Shown in pieces: positions 1 through 8,990 of a DNA stretch of 64,000 bases. The position numbers and the translations under genes were made by a program. The notes below the pieces were generated by a model. The model saw only the letters and a program-made list of their open reading frames with translations. It was not told where the DNA came from and searched no databases. The DNA is from Chthoniobacterales bacterium (GTDB lineage Bacteria; Verrucomicrobiota; Verrucomicrobiia; Chthoniobacterales; Chthoniobacteraceae): positions 128,001 to 192,000 of the forward strand of contig JBBQZX010000001.1 of the NCBI GenBank assembly GCA_038207335.1, read 5' to 3'. How positions within the stretch are numbered: the first letter of the stretch is position 1; the number at the start of each line of letters is the position of its first letter.

Positions 1-201
1 ACGGACCTCGCGGAGAAGCTGGTGGGGAGGAAGCTCGGAGATCAGTTTGGGAATGTGCTGTCGAAGCTCTTTGACACGAAGGCGGACGACAAACCGAAGG
101 AGGAGCCGAAGAAGAAAAAGAAGAAGGATAAGAGCAAGCCGGCGACCGACGAGCCCGCCGCCCCGGTGACAAAGGTGGAGCCGGTGGCGCCCGCGCAATG
201 A
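1..201 (+). CDS. 3' end of a hypothetical protein (partial, Lys-rich C-terminus)
   Basis: Open frame 1 from the window edge (TDLAEKLVGRKLGDQF...KKKKKKDKSK...VAPAQ*); its TGA at 199-201 overlaps the rsmD ATG (ATGA coupling). Confidence 0.6.
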   Translation, partial: TDLAEKLVGRKLGDQFGNVLSKLFDTKADDKPKEEPKKKKKKDKSKPATDEPAAPVTKVEPVAPAQ

Positions 202-761
202 GGGTGGTGGCGGGGAGCGCGGGCGGGCTGCCGCTGGTGGTGCCGAAGTGCGAGCTGCGTCCGACGATGGATCGCGTGAAGGCGGCGATTTTCTCGAGTC
301 TAGGGGGGCTGGTGGAGGGGGCGCGGGTGATGGATCTTTTCGCGGGCTCGGGGAGTCTCGGGATCGAGGCGCTGAGTCGCGGGGCGGCGTCGGCGACGTT
401 CGTGGAGCTGGAGCGCGCGGGGGTGGAGGCGATCGAGCGGAATCTGGAAAAGACGCGACTGCAGGGGACGGTGCGGCAGTCGGATGTGTTCCACTTTCTC
501 GACAAGATGGCTGCGCCGGGGAGCTGCGAACTGATCTTCGCCGACCCGCCGTATGCGAAGCAAAAAGGAGACAGGGATTTTACGCCGGAGCTGGTCGCGA
601 ACGCGGCGCTGCACGCGGCGCTCGCGCCGGGCGGAGTCTTCGTGCTGGAGCATCTGCCGGGTGCCGCGCTCACGCTCGGGTCGCGCTGGGAGTGCATCCG
701 TCAGAAGCGCTATGGCGCGACCGAGGTGGCATTTTTACGCGCACTCCCAGCCGCCCCGTGA
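198..761 (+). CDS. rsmD: 16S rRNA m2G966 methyltransferase RsmD
   Basis: MRVVAG start, LRPTMDRVKAAIF, DLFAGSGSLGIEALSRGA SAM motif, FADPPY, RYG motif. Confidence 0.93.
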   Translation: MRVVAGSAGGLPLVVPKCELRPTMDRVKAAIFSSLGGLVEGARVMDLFAGSGSLGIEALSRGAASATFVELERAGVEAIERNLEKTRLQGTVRQSDVFHFLDKMAAPGSCELIFADPPYAKQKGDRDFTPELVANAALHAALAPGGVFVLEHLPGAALTLGSRWECIRQKRYGATEVAFLRALPAAP

Positions 762-2080
762 ACTCCTCCGCCGTTCTGCCAGCGGATGCGCGCCGCTCGC
801 TGTTCATTTACAATCTGCTCTTCCCCATCGCGCTGCTCGCGATGCTGCCGGGGCTGCTGCGGCGGATGCTGCGGCGCGGGAATTTTCGCGAGAACTTCGG
901 GCAGCGGCTCGCGCGATACGGGGCGGGGGAATGCGCGCGGTTTGCGGAGGGGGAGTGGGTATGGATCCACTCGATCAGCGTCGGCGAGACGCTCATCGCG
1001 CTGAAGCTCGCGCGGGAGTTAAGGCGGCAGAACCCCGCGCTGCAGGTGGCGATCTCGGTGACGACTTCGACGGGCTTCGCGCTCGCGCGGCAATCGCTCG
1101 AGCCGTGGCTGGAGACGATCTACAATCCACTCGACGCGAGCGCGTTCGTCCGAACTGCGCTCGATACACTGTGCCCGCGACGCGTGATTTTCATCGAAGG
1201 CGAGGCGTGGCCAAATCTCGTGGCTGAGTGCAGGCGGCGCGGCATCCCCACGGCGCTCGTGAATGCGCGACTGTCGCCGCGGAGCGAGGGGAGATTTCGG
1301 CGATTCCGGCGCTGGACGGGGCCGATCTTCCGGCTCGTGGATCTCGTGTGCGTGCCGGAGGTGGAGGACATCGCGCGATGGGAGAGCATCGGCGTCCCGG
1401 CGGAAAAAGTGCGGCACACAGGGAGCATGAAGTTCGACCTCGCCGCGTCCGTCGCGGAGTCGCGTGCCGGGGAATTTCGCGCCCTGCTCGCGGCCTCTGA
1501 CATCGCTCCCGACGCGCCGCTCATCGTTGGCGGCAGCACATGGGCGCCGGAAGAATTTGCCCTCGGCGAACACCTCCTCGAGCTCCGCCGCGACTTCCCC
1601 TCGCTCCTCCTCATCCTCGTCCCGCGCCACATCGAACGCACCGCCGAAATCCTCCGCCAGCTCGCGCCCCTCGGCCTCCGCATCGCCCGCCGCACCGCGC
1701 TCCCGTCTGCCGAGCCATTCGACATCCTCCTCGTCGATACCACCGGGGAACTTCGGGACTGGTATGCCCTCGCCACCGTCGCTTTCGTCGGCAAAAGCCT
1801 CCCCGGCGTCTCCGATACCGGTGGCCAAAACCCCGCCGAACCCGCCGCCCTCGGCAAGCCCACGCTCTTCGGCCCGCACATGGAAAACTTCATCTCCATC
1901 GCCGCACACCTACTCGCCACGCAAGCCGCCGCACAAGTCCCCTCAGCCGCCGCGCTCCTCCCGTCCCTCCGCGCCCTCCTCGCCTCTCCCGCCGAGCGCG
2001 CCGAGATGTCCACCCGCGCCCGCACCGCCCTCCTCCCTCATCAAAACGCCACCACCCGCACCGCCGCTCTCCTCACGTAG
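758..2080 (+). CDS. waaA: 3-deoxy-D-manno-octulosonic acid (Kdo) transferase
   Basis: WIHSISVGE, TTSTG, E.WPN, VNARLSPRS, LILVPRHIER, DTTGEL, GGQNPAEPA, GPHMENF; likely GTG start at 758 overlapping the rsmD stop. Confidence 0.93.
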   Translation: MNSSAVLPADARRSLFIYNLLFPIALLAMLPGLLRRMLRRGNFRENFGQRLARYGAGECARFAEGEWVWIHSISVGETLIALKLARELRRQNPALQVAISVTTSTGFALARQSLEPWLETIYNPLDASAFVRTALDTLCPRRVIFIEGEAWPNLVAECRRRGIPTALVNARLSPRSEGRFRRFRRWTGPIFRLVDLVCVPEVEDIARWESIGVPAEKVRHTGSMKFDLAASVAESRAGEFRALLAASDIAPDAPLIVGGSTWAPEEFALGEHLLELRRDFPSLLLILVPRHIERTAEILRQLAPLGLRIARRTALPSAEPFDILLVDTTGELRDWYALATVAFVGKSLPGVSDTGGQNPAEPAALGKPTLFGPHMENFISIAAHLLATQAAAQVPSAAALLPSLRALLASPAERAEMSTRARTALLPHQNATTRTAALLT

Positions 2081-2159
2081 CATCCACCTCTGCCCAGCGC
2101 ACTCGCGCTGCGGCCGGCCTCAGCCATAGGGCAAACTTCCCCTCCCGCAGGAAAACTGC

Positions 2160-2188
2160 TTGCCACCTTGCCGGCGCGTTCCCATATT
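2160..2188 (+). promoter_or_regulatory. sigma70-like promoter for tRNA-Glu
   Basis: TTGCCA (2160-2165), 17 bp spacer, CATATT (2183-2188), 24 bp upstream of the tRNA. Confidence 0.5.
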
Positions 2189-2212
2189 CCCGCGCTCAAT
2201 TCCGCAAGGAAA

Positions 2213-2284
2213 GACCCTATCGTCCAGTGGTTAGGACACCGCCCTTTCACGGCGGTGACACGGGTTCGAATCCCGTTAGGGTCA
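2213..2284 (+). tRNA. tRNA-Glu (anticodon TTC), no encoded CCA
   Basis: GACCCTA acceptor stem pairs with TAGGGTC; D-arm GTCCAGTGGTTAGGAC; anticodon arm CCGCC-CTTTCAC-GGCGG; T-arm GGTTCGAATCC. Confidence 0.96.
2261..2284 (+). repeat. attL core (tRNA 3' end)
   Basis: CGGGTTCGAATCCCGTTAGGGTCA, repeated at 10769-10793. Confidence 0.88.
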
Positions 2285-2323
2285 CTTGTATTCATCAGGG
2301 TTTGCAGGCGCTCGGCTTGATTG

Positions 2324-2342
2324 CATGTCAAAAACATGACAA
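2324..2342 (+). repeat. Putative integrase arm-type binding sites (left)
   Basis: CATGTCAAAAA-CATGACAA, matching CATGACAAAA-CATGACAAA at 10648-10666. Confidence 0.6.
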
Positions 2343-2688
2343 CGTGGTCTGTGAAAGTTCGCCCAAATCGCGTCAGACTCACCAATCCCATTGAAGTAAA
2401 GGCCGGCAGTGCCGTCGTGAAAATTTACCAGATCATCAATCGGGGCCGGATCCTCTACACGGTCACCCACTATCCGACGACCGGGCAGCGGAAGCGTCAG
2501 AATTTTGCTGACCTGAAGGAAGCCAAAGCTGAGGCGTACCGGCTCGCCGCGAATCTCCGAAAAGGAGACATTGAGGTGCTCAAGCTCTCGAATAAAGACC
2601 GCAGTAGCTACCTGCACGCGCTGGCCGAGATCGCGCCGACGGGGCGCAATTTGGAACTGGCAGCCACGGAGTTCGCTGGAGCCAGGCG
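2336..2688 (+). pseudogene. Truncated tyrosine integrase (N-terminal part only)
   Basis: PIEVKAGSAVVKIY...GQRKRQNFADLKEAKAEA...VLKLSNKDRSSYLHA resembles N-termini of verrucomicrobial tRNA-targeting integrases; it lies immediately after attL; no catalytic R-H-R-Y domain follows and the frame runs into unrelated sequence at about 2688. Confidence 0.7.
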
Positions 2689-2820
2689 CGCCTCACGGTC
2701 GAAGAGTTCGTGGCCGACTGGCTGCTCAAGCAGCGCGGCTGGCCGGAGCATTCTGAGCGCTTCGTGAAAGTCTATTTCGCCGACGAGCCCGACATCCCTT
2801 CCCGGAGAAGAGGTTGCTGA
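2688..2820 (+). pseudogene. 3' fragment of an unidentified gene fused to the integrase stub
   Basis: A different frame reads RLTVEEFVADWLLKQRGWPEHSERFVKVYFADEPDIPSRRRGC* with coding-like codon usage and no start codon. Confidence 0.35.
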
Positions 2821-2843
2821 AGGACTTCCTGCCGTGACGGCGG

Positions 2844-2909
2844 CCCTCCACTCCCCGGCACCGCTCGACGCCCGGCCCGCTTCCGGCGAGGCGCGGTGAA
2901 AAGTGAATT
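2844..2909 (+). repeat. Island internal repeat, copy R1
   Basis: CCCTCCACTCCCCGGCACCGCTCGACGCCCGG...GGCGCGGTGAAAAGTGAATT; about 53/67 columns identical to 4291-4355 by manual alignment. Confidence 0.75.
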
Positions 2910-2942
2910 CCTAGAAGCCAGCAGCCGTGACATAACGATGTC

Positions 2943-4259
2943 GTGAAACTTCTCCTCCTTCTCGCCGCTTTCGCTGCCCCGCTCCATGCCGACGACTGGC
3001 CGCAATGGCTCGGCCCGCAACGCGATGCCGTCTGGCGAGAGACGGGCATCGTCGAGAAGTTTCCCGCGGACGGGCCGGCGGTTCGTTGGCGCGTGCCGAT
3101 CGGTGGCGGTTACTCCGGTCCCGCCGTGGCGGACGGGCGCGTCTATGTCATGGATCGCCAACTCGCGAAGGACGCGAGCAATCCGAAGAACGCCTTTGAT
3201 CGCAGTCGCATCCCCGGCTCGGAGCGCGTGCTTTGTCTCAACGAAGCCGACGGCAAACAGCTCTGGGCGCACGAATACGATTGCCCGTACACAGTCAGCT
3301 ACGCCGCAGGGCCGCGCACCACGCCGCTGGTCAGCGGCGGAAAAGTGTACACGCTCGGTGCGGAGGGGAATCTGTGCTGTCTCGATGCGACGACGGGCCG
3401 CGAAATCTGGGCGCGCGATTTTAAAAAGGACTTCGGCATCCCCACGCCGATGTGGGGCTTCGCCGGGCATCCGCTGCTCGACGGGCAAAAGCTCATCTGC
3501 CTCGCGGGCGGCGAGGGCAGCGTCGCCGTGGCCTTTGACAAAGACACGGGCAAGGAACTCTGGCGCGCGCTCAGCGCTCGGGAGCCTGGCTACGCGCCGC
3601 CGGTCATTTACGAAGCGGGCGGCAAGCGCCAGCTCATCATCTGGCATCCGCAGGCGCTGTGCTCGCTCGATCCGGAGACCGGCTCGCTTTATTGGTCCGA
3701 GCCGGGGAAAGCCAACGCCGGCATGACCATTGCCACCCCGCGCCAACTCGGCGATCTGCTTTACGTCACCTCCTTCTACAACGGCTCGGTGATGATGCGC
3801 CTCGCCGCCGACAAGCCCGCGGCCACGAAGATCTGGCAGAGCGCAAAGGCCAGCGAACGCGACACCACCGAGCTCCACACGGTCATGTCCACGCCCTTCC
3901 TCGAAGACGGCTACATCTACGGCACCTGCAGCTACGGCCAACTCCGTTGCTTGAAAGTGGAGACCGGCGAGCGTGTCTGGGAAACCTTCGCCGCCACGAC
4001 CGGCGACAAGCCCGTGCGCTGGGGCAACGCCTTCCTCGTCAAGAACGGCGACCGCTTTTTCATCTTCAATGAAAAGGGCGATCTCATCATCGCCAAGCTC
4101 TCGCCTGCGGGCTACGAGGAGATCAGCCGCGCCCACCTGCTCGACCCGACGAACACCGATCCCGGCCGCCCAGTCGTCTGGTCGCACCCGGCCTTCGCGA
4201 ACCGCAGCGTCTATGCGCGCAACGACCGCGAAATCGTCTGCGCCTCCCTCGCGAAGTAA
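2943..4259 (+). CDS. Secreted PQQ-binding-like beta-propeller (BamB/PQQ_2) protein
   Basis: Signal peptide, DDWPQWLGPQRD, GYSGPAVADGRVY, GPRTTPLV, repeated LD..TG..W blades, WSHPAFANR.VYARND: typical PVC-phylum family. Confidence 0.88.
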   Translation: MKLLLLLAAFAAPLHADDWPQWLGPQRDAVWRETGIVEKFPADGPAVRWRVPIGGGYSGPAVADGRVYVMDRQLAKDASNPKNAFDRSRIPGSERVLCLNEADGKQLWAHEYDCPYTVSYAAGPRTTPLVSGGKVYTLGAEGNLCCLDATTGREIWARDFKKDFGIPTPMWGFAGHPLLDGQKLICLAGGEGSVAVAFDKDTGKELWRALSAREPGYAPPVIYEAGGKRQLIIWHPQALCSLDPETGSLYWSEPGKANAGMTIATPRQLGDLLYVTSFYNGSVMMRLAADKPAATKIWQSAKASERDTTELHTVMSTPFLEDGYIYGTCSYGQLRCLKVETGERVWETFAATTGDKPVRWGNAFLVKNGDRFFIFNEKGDLIIAKLSPAGYEEISRAHLLDPTNTDPGRPVVWSHPAFANRSVYARNDREIVCASLAK

Positions 4260-4290
4260 ACTCGGTCGTAGCGCAGCGATTCGTTCAGAC

Positions 4291-4367
4291 CCCCTCATTC
4301 CCCGGCACCGCCCGACGCCTGCCCGACTTCCACCGCGGCGTGGTGAAAGCAAATTGCTGGTAGTTAC
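4291..4367 (+). repeat. Island internal repeat, copy R2
   Basis: CCCCTCATTCCCCGGCACCGCCCGACGCCTG...GGCGTGGTGAAAGCAAATTGCTGGTAGTTAC. Confidence 0.75.
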
Positions 4368-4699
4368 TAACGGCAGCTCCCTATCGCGGCGGGGCGAATG
4401 ACGCAAGCAACTGCCGGGGCAACTTAGAATACTTTTCGCCTGCCGCGCAGCTCGGGTTGACCGCGACAAGAGACGCCAGGACGGCATGAACACTTCCCTC
4501 TACTTCAGCAATCTGGTGTTCGTCGATTTCCTGAAAGACCCGATCAATTTCGGCTACTTGAAGCCAGCAAAGTGCGGCAGATTGTCACCAGGAATACCGC
4601 TACGCCGACCGGGTCGCGTGAGTGCGCGGCGGCGGATGTTTGCACCAAGGAAACCGGATACCGTGGGTGACTGAGCGTCATTCCGTGATATTCGCCGCC

Positions 4700-7327
4700 A
4701 TGCTTTCATCCGCCTATCCCACCTTGCTCCTCGTTGTTGGCGTGATCCTCGAGATTTCCGGGGTGGCAGCGCGGGGACAGGTGGTGATCAATGAGCTGCA
4801 TTTCGCGCCGAAAGATCGGACGAAGCCGCTGGAGTTTGTGGAGCTTTTAAACGCGGGCGATGCGGAGGTGGGGATGGGCGGGTGGAAGTTTGCGAGCGGC
4901 GTGAAGTTCAGCTTTCCGGCGGGGATGAAGATCGCGCCGAAGGGGTTTCTGTGCGTGGCGGCGAATCCGGCGGCGTTTGAGAAGGAGTATGGCTTTGCGC
5001 CGCTCGGGCCTTGGGAGGGGAAGCTGAAGAATGGGGGGGAAAAGCTGCTGCTCGCGGATGCTGGCGGCACGAAGGTGGATGCGGTGACATTCGGCGTGGG
5101 GCATCCGTGGCCGACGGAGGCGCGCGGTCGCGGGCCGTCGCTGGAGCTGGTGAATGCGAATCTGAATCGCGCGGCGGCGGGTTCGTGGCGCGCGGGCGGG
5201 CCGACTCCGGGCAAGGTGAATTCGGTGGCTGCAGATAATGCGCCGCCGTGGATCAATGAAGTGGCACATCTTCCGGCGCAGCCGAAAGCAGGCGCGGCGA
5301 TCCCGATCACGGCGCACGTGAGCGATTCTGATGGAGTGAAGTCGGTGACGCTTTTGTATCAAATCGTGGAGCCGGGCGCTTACATCCGGCGGTCGGACGA
5401 GGCTTACGAAAAGAGCTGGGTGGAGATGCCGATGCGCGATGACGGGCAGGAGGGTGATTGCGTCGCGGGCGATGGCGTGTTCACGGTGATGCTGCCGGCG
5501 TCGGTGGCGGTGCATCGGCGGCTGGTGCGGTACCGGATCGCAGCGGTGGATGGGAAGGGCTTGCGCGGGCAGGTGCCGGGAACAGGCGATTCGGTGCCGA
5601 ACTTCGCGCTATTCATCTACGACGGCGTGCCGGCTTGGAAAGGTTCGGTGCAGCCGGGAAAAGCGGAACCGCTGACGTTTCCGCCCGAGTTCTTCGGGAC
5701 GCTGCCGAATTTTCATCTGCTCGCCAATGCCGACGACGTGGAGCACTCGCAGTGGGACGGCGGCTGGAATCATCGCAAATGCACCGGCACGCTGGTCTTC
5801 GACAGCGTCGTTTACGACCACATCACATTTCACAATCGCGGTCGCGCTTCGACCTACAACACGGGCAAAAACAAGTGGGGTTTTAAACTGCCGAACGGCC
5901 ACGAACTTGCGATGCGCGATCCGACTGGACGCCCGGTGAAGCAGCGGTGGAATTCTTTTTCGATGAATGCCTGCGCGAGTCCCTGGATCGCTGTGAACCG
6001 CGGCATGGCGGGACTCGACGAATGGTTTTCATCGCGCATCTTCGCGCTCGCGGGCGCCCTTTCGCCGCGCTATGTGCCGGTGCAATTCAGGGTGATCGAT
6101 CACGCCGAGGAAGCGTCGGGGACGGATCAGTATGCGGGCGATCTGTGGGGACTTTATACGGCGATCGAGGACCCGGATGGGCCTTTTCTGGATGAACGGA
6201 AGCTGGCGGACGGCTCAGTCTATACGAGCGAGTCCGGCGAGAAGGAACATCAGGGTGCGACGCAGCCGGCGGATCGTTCGGATTTCGATGAATTCATGAA
6301 CCGTTCGCGCGGCGATCAGCCCGAGCAATGGTGGCGCGAGAACTTGAATCTGGCTGCCTTTTACAGCTTCCGCGCGGCGAATCGTATCGTGGGAAATGTC
6401 GATCTGCGCGAGGGCTGCAATCACTACTTTTACCACGCTCCAGATGGGCACTGGGTGCCGATCCCATGGGACCTGGACATGATGCTGGTGCCGCGGACGC
6501 ATCAGTCCGGTCGGATCGACCAGGAGCGCGCGCTCCAGCACGAAGCGTTGCGGATCGAATACGGAAATCGCTGCCGGGAATTGCTCGATTTGCTCGTGGG
6601 CGACGCCTCGCCGCGCGGCGGCCAGGTGGGCCAGCTGGTGGCGGAATATGCGTCGCTGATTCAGCCCGCCGGCCAGCCGCGGAGTTGGGCGGAGTTGGAT
6701 GAAGCGATGTGGAACTTTCACCCGCGCACGAACGACAAGGGCGGCTTTTATCGCAATCCGGCTCCCGACAATCGATCCGGTGGGCCTTGGGAGCGGAAGC
6801 TGGCGACCGCGGACTTCGCCGGGATGTGCCGCTACGTGCTCGAATACGCCAGTAACGCGCGCCCGGTGAACTCGCCGTGGAAGCTGAACGACGGTGATCC
6901 GCGCGGCTACGGCTACGGGTATCTCGCCGACGACGCAAACGATCCGAAGGCACCCGCGCGCCCGACGATCGCCTACGCGGGCACGCCCGGATTTCCGGCC
7001 AATGCGCTCGCGTTCCAGATCTCGGCGATTCAGGACCCGAAGGGTGCCGCACCGTATGCCGCCGTGCAGTGGCGGCTGGGCCAGATCGCCGCGCCGGACG
7101 TCACGGGTTGGGCACTCGGTCAGCCGTGGATTTACGAGATCGAACCGCTGTGGACGTTCGCGGAAATCGCGCCATTTTCACCGCGTATGGAGGTTCCCGG
7201 CCACCTGCCGCGACCCGGCTCCACCTACCGCGCGCGCGTGCGAATGAAGGATGCGAGCGGTCGCTGGAGCCGGTGGAGCGAGCCGGTTTCGTTCGTGGCG
7301 GGACCGCCGGTGACGGCTCTGAAGTAG
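4700..7327 (+). CDS. Secreted lamin-tail-domain / CotH kinase-like protein
   Basis: Signal peptide; VVINELHF...EFVELLN LTD; MRDDG.EGD..AGDGVFT motif; CotH-like GLYTAIED, NHYFY, IPWDLD; Fn3-like C-terminus; ATG 4700 chosen as start. Confidence 0.82.
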   Translation: MLSSAYPTLLLVVGVILEISGVAARGQVVINELHFAPKDRTKPLEFVELLNAGDAEVGMGGWKFASGVKFSFPAGMKIAPKGFLCVAANPAAFEKEYGFAPLGPWEGKLKNGGEKLLLADAGGTKVDAVTFGVGHPWPTEARGRGPSLELVNANLNRAAAGSWRAGGPTPGKVNSVAADNAPPWINEVAHLPAQPKAGAAIPITAHVSDSDGVKSVTLLYQIVEPGAYIRRSDEAYEKSWVEMPMRDDGQEGDCVAGDGVFTVMLPASVAVHRRLVRYRIAAVDGKGLRGQVPGTGDSVPNFALFIYDGVPAWKGSVQPGKAEPLTFPPEFFGTLPNFHLLANADDVEHSQWDGGWNHRKCTGTLVFDSVVYDHITFHNRGRASTYNTGKNKWGFKLPNGHELAMRDPTGRPVKQRWNSFSMNACASPWIAVNRGMAGLDEWFSSRIFALAGALSPRYVPVQFRVIDHAEEASGTDQYAGDLWGLYTAIEDPDGPFLDERKLADGSVYTSESGEKEHQGATQPADRSDFDEFMNRSRGDQPEQWWRENLNLAAFYSFRAANRIVGNVDLREGCNHYFYHAPDGHWVPIPWDLDMMLVPRTHQSGRIDQERALQHEALRIEYGNRCRELLDLLVGDASPRGGQVGQLVAEYASLIQPAGQPRSWAELDEAMWNFHPRTNDKGGFYRNPAPDNRSGGPWERKLATADFAGMCRYVLEYASNARPVNSPWKLNDGDPRGYGYGYLADDANDPKAPARPTIAYAGTPGFPANALAFQISAIQDPKGAAPYAAVQWRLGQIAAPDVTGWALGQPWIYEIEPLWTFAEIAPFSPRMEVPGHLPRPGSTYRARVRMKDASGRWSRWSEPVSFVAGPPVTALK

Positions 7328-7357
7328 ATCGCTGGACTGCGCCGTTGCACCACCGGG

Positions 7358-7520
7358 ATGCCGCCGCAGACGCCGACGCTCGGAGGCAGTTGGTCCACGG
7401 TCACACCGTTTCCAAATCTCACGTTCCAGAACCAGATGCGCATCGTGTTGATGTCGAGATAGAACAAAGTGGTCGTGTGGAAGCGCGAGGGACGGTTGTA
7501 TTCCTTCGACAAAAACGTTG
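7358..7520 (+). pseudogene. Fragment of a PQQ-dependent sugar (glucose/sorbosone) dehydrogenase-like gene
   Basis: MPPQTPTLGGSWSTVTPFPNLTFQN...*NKVVVWKREGRLYSFDK, with an internal TAG and truncated. Confidence 0.5.
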
Positions 7521-7691
7521 CTGGCGGACGTGAGCGCGAATTGCCGGGGATGGGATGACTCGGGGCTGATGGGGGATCGCGTTCATCCGCAGTTCGACCC
7601 CAGCGGCAGGCTAGTCGCAATTGCTACCCCTTCATGTGATACACTTTAGCCGACATGGCGCAGGGCAGCGCCACTTCGTCCGCCGAATCAG

Positions 7692-7758
7692 CCCCCTCGC
7701 TCCCCGACACAGTCCGAGGCCCGGCGCGGTGCGATGAAAAGCAGATGTCTGTAGTAAC
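7692..7758 (+). repeat. Island internal repeat, copy R3 (internally deleted)
   Basis: CCCCCTCGCTCCCCGACACAGTCCGAGGCCCGGC-GCGGTGCGATGAAAAGCAGAT...GTAGTAAC; shares both ends with R1 and R2. Confidence 0.6.
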
Positions 7759-7822
7759 AGGCTCGCCGGTATCCAATCGCAAACACGCGGCTTACGGAAA
7801 TTCACCCACTTTTACCTCAACC

Positions 7823-7850
7823 AGGCCAGCCCTCACCGGCTGGCCTTTTT
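7823..7850 (+). promoter_or_regulatory. CTCACC-loop hairpin with U-tract upstream of the WGR-ligase gene
   Basis: AGGCCAGCC-CTCACC-GGCTGGCCT perfect 9-bp stem followed by TTTT. Confidence 0.6.
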
Positions 7851-7891
7851 GCATCAACCCAAAGCCACAACCAAGAAAGGCACACACCAAC

Positions 7892-8854
7892 ATGGAGCAC
7901 ATCACGCTCTACTTCCGCCATGGCTCGTCTGACAAAATCTATCAGGCCAGCATCGAGCCGAAGGACGACCGATTCGTCGTTCAGTTCAGTTACGGCCGAC
8001 GCGGCAGCGCGCTGCAGTCCGGCGCCAAGACACAGTCACCCGTCACCCACGAACAGGCGAAGTCGATTTACGACAAGCTGGTCGCGGCGAAAACCGCCAA
8101 GGGTTACAGCTCCGGCGCGGACGGCACGCCCTATCAGCAACCGATCAGGCGAATCGCGCTACCGGCATCCATTGTCAGTTGCTCAATGCGGTCGAGGAAG
8201 ATCAGGCCGAAAGGCTCCTCGCCGATCCGGCTTGGTGGCTCTCCGAAAAGCTGGATGGCCGCCGCCTGCTCATTCGCAAACAAGCCGACACCATCACTGG
8301 TATCAACCGGCTCGGTCTGAAAATTCCAATGCCGCAGCCCCTCGTCGATTCTGCTGTCGGTTGTCCCGTCGATTTCATCCTCGATGGCGAGGCGACCGGC
8401 GACACCCTCCATGCCTTTGACGTGCTGCTCATCGACGATGAGGAGATCGGTGGGCTCCGCTATGGGGAACGTTACCTGCGACTGATGAATCTGCTCGGTT
8501 CTTTCCAGCACGTGAACATCGACTTGGTGGAAACGGTCTTCCTGCCAAAGCAAAAGGCAGAGAGGTTCGAGCAGCTCAAGGCTCGCAATGCGGAGGGTGT
8601 CGTCTGCCGGCACACCGACGCGCCTTACATCGCGGGTCGGCCAGCCTCGGGAGGCCAGAACCTGAAATTCAAGTTCTGCGAGACCGCTTCCTTCATCGTC
8701 GGCAAGGCCAACGCCAAACACAGCGTGTCGTTGCTGCTCTTCGAGGGCGACAAGTCAACCTGTGTATCTCCGCGAACGCGTGGACATCCTCTCGGAGGAA
8801 TGCACCACAGCGCAGTTGAAATACCGCGTCGAACCAGTGGAACACGCGGCATGA
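7892..8854 (+). pseudogene. WGR-domain / ATP-dependent DNA ligase fusion, frameshifted and internally deleted
   Basis: WGR-like SSDKIY...F.YGRRG...KTAKGY; frameshift near 8140 into the ligase core with SEKLDGRR, ILDGE, AFDVL, EGVV, KFK; second break near 8755, then QPVYLRERVDI..EC...QLKY*. Confidence 0.8.
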
Positions 8855-8916
8855 GCGCGCAAGTCAGGACCAGGCTCATCAGTCAAGACAAGACCATCAA
8901 CTAACCCACAAACCCG

Positions 8917-8966
8917 AAGCGAAAACGGCCCCTCTGCCCTCACCGGCGGACGGGCCGTTTCGCTTT
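8917..8966 (+). promoter_or_regulatory. CTCACC-loop long hairpin upstream of the beta-clamp paralog
   Basis: AAGCGAAAACGGCCC-C-TCTGCC-CTCACC-GGCGGA-C-GGGCCGTTTCGCTT. Confidence 0.6.
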
Positions 8967-8990
8967 CCAACCCACGAAAGGAAATACCCT

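Noticed and set aside
248..757. N-terminal extension of the 610-aa ORF
   Set aside because: It overlaps rsmD in another frame; WaaA similarity begins only at about GTG 758.
2772..4493. 573-aa minus-strand ORF, and similar long antisense ORFs at 11148-12731, 14052-15704, 41833-43374 and 48058-50049
   Set aside because: These are shadows of well-supported opposite-strand genes in high-GC DNA and have no recognisable motifs.
4486..4674. 62-aa ORF upstream of the LTD/CotH cargo gene
   Set aside because: It may be another gene scrap, but I cannot assign or support it.
2844..7758. Classical integron attC array or CRISPR array
   Set aside because: There are no RYYYAAC/GTTRRRY boxes, no intI and no cas genes; the spacing is kilobases and the copies are divergent.
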